Below are positions 62,641 through 64,000 of a DNA stretch of 64,000 bases, piece by piece (position 1 is the first letter of the stretch; each line of letters starts with the position of its first letter). Origin of the DNA: Selaginella moellendorffii. Its lineage: Eukaryota; Plantae; Lycopodiophyta. The DNA lies in assembly GCF_000143415.4 (NCBI RefSeq), contig NW_003314299.1, positions 1,552,559-1,616,558 on the forward strand, read 5' to 3'. The position numbers and the translations under genes were made by a program. The notes under the pieces are model-generated. The model had not been told where the DNA came from. It saw nothing but the letters and a program-made list of their open reading frames with translations, and searched no databases.

Positions 62641-64000
62641 ATGAGGAGCTGGGCCTTTTGCGCGATCGTCGTCCTGTTCCTACATTCCGTGCAAGCATTG
62701 TCTTCGGATGGTTAGAGCTCTCTTCTCTGGGTCCTTCTTGTTCTCGTTCTCTCACTATCTATCTATCTACCTATCTATCTTCGTTTAACTGGATTCTTCT
62801 TATTCGCACTCTCCTCTCCTATCACAGGGATTGCATTGCTCGCATTTAAAGAGGGCATACAAGAAGCGCAGTTTCTTCTCGGCGATTGGAGACGAAGCGA
62901 TGCGACGCCGTGCAACTGGACTGGAGTCGAGTGTAATGGAGAAACTGGGCGCGTAGAGACTTTGTAAGTCTTGTCCCTTCCTTTGATCGCTAAATGAGCG
63001 TTTACTCTCGGCTAGAAACCTTCCTCGATTCCATCTGGTGGGAGTGATTTCTCCGGAGATTGGAAAGCTCAGCAAACTGCGAAGGCTGTAAGTTTTTCGT
63101 TTGTTCTTTCCAGACAAAAATATAGAACGTCTTTGAATGAACAGGGGATTGCATAACAACATGATCTCCGGTAAAATACCTCCGAGCCTTGGCAACTGCA
63201 GCGATCTACGGGCAGTGTAAGCTTAGCAGTTTTTTCTAGGGTTTCTGGAAGTAAGATTTCGTTGTACAGATACCTGCGAGACAATCTTCTAAGTGGCTCG
63301 TTGCCTGCGGAACTGGGGAGGCTTAAGAACCTGAAAGTGTTGTAAGTTTCTTGCTGACTTTGTTCTCTCATGCCTCTGGTTTTCACGAAACCAGGCTTGC
63401 TGCAGCGACGTGTCGGAGAACTCGCTCACTGGACCAATTCCAGCTTCCATGGAAAGACTAAACGATCTTGTGTTCTTGTAAGTTTTCCCAAAGAAAGAAA
63501 CACGATTGTGTTAATCCGTCTGTCTCGAGTCTCGCAGAAACGTTTCCAACAATTTTCTTACTGGGAGCGTCACTGGTCTTGCAAAGTTTTCAAACAGATC
63601 GTAAGTTTGTGTTTTCATCTAGATTTGGCTCTTACATTATCTCTCCAGTTTTTTCGGTAATCCCGGGCTGTGTGGACAGCAGCTCAACAAGAGCTGTGAA
63701 GTTGGAAAATCGGTCAATGGTATGTCATCTCTAGATTTTATTTTTTTTAAGTTCGAACATGAAATACAGGTTCTAAGATGTCAAAACTTTCGAGAAATCT
63801 GCTGATAAGTGCACTTGGAACTGTGACCGCATCGCTGCTCTTTGCGCTAGTGTGCTTCTGGGGATTTCTTTTCTACAACAAATTCAACGCAACAAAGGCC
63901 TGCATTCCTCAGCAGCCGGAACCATCCGCAGGTCAGCTCCAGTTTCTTCTTCTCGTAACACCTGGACTCACAAACTAATATAACAGCAAAGCTCGTTTTG
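62641..64000 (+). CDS. LRR receptor-like kinase, FEI1/FEI2-like (LRR-XIII); runs off the right edge
   Basis: Signal peptide MRSWAFCAIVVLFLHSVQALSSDG, LRR cap WRRSDATPCNWTGVEC, one LRR per ~72-nt exon, FFGNPGLCG, and TM LLISALGTVTASLLFALVCFWGFLFY. Confidence 0.9.

Overview
Plant nuclear DNA, most likely the lycophyte Selaginella. This is an inference from ~40-100 nt introns, extreme gene packing, S-motif-rich PLS-class PPR genes and a cilium-type SAXO gene. The window has three compartments. (1) 1-22 kb is gene-dense: two PPR genes, tRNA-Gly, PRP31, an MLF-like gene, a FAT acyl-ACP thioesterase, a SAXO/FAM154-like gene, TSR3, tRNA-Glu, ACINUS and a BSK kinase. (2) ~23-43.3 kb is an AT-rich nested retrotransposon block: several decayed Ty3/gypsy elements, a tandem TRIM, Cassandra-like LTRs carrying 5S-rRNA Pol III promoter boxes (one locally amplified in tandem) and one full-length, transition-riddled gypsy element. 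(3) 44-64 kb holds a Dof transcription factor with a ~7 kb non-coding upstream region. It is bracketed by an inverted duplication whose arms each carry a decayed Hedgehog/Hint (Hog) autoprocessing-domain gene and a copy of a tail-anchored coiled-coil gene. A truncated kiwellin and the 5' part of a FEI-type LRR receptor kinase follow. The most notable signals are the plant Hog/Hint genes, the 5S-promoter LTRs and the SAXO-like gene. All exon models were read by eye; no searches were run.
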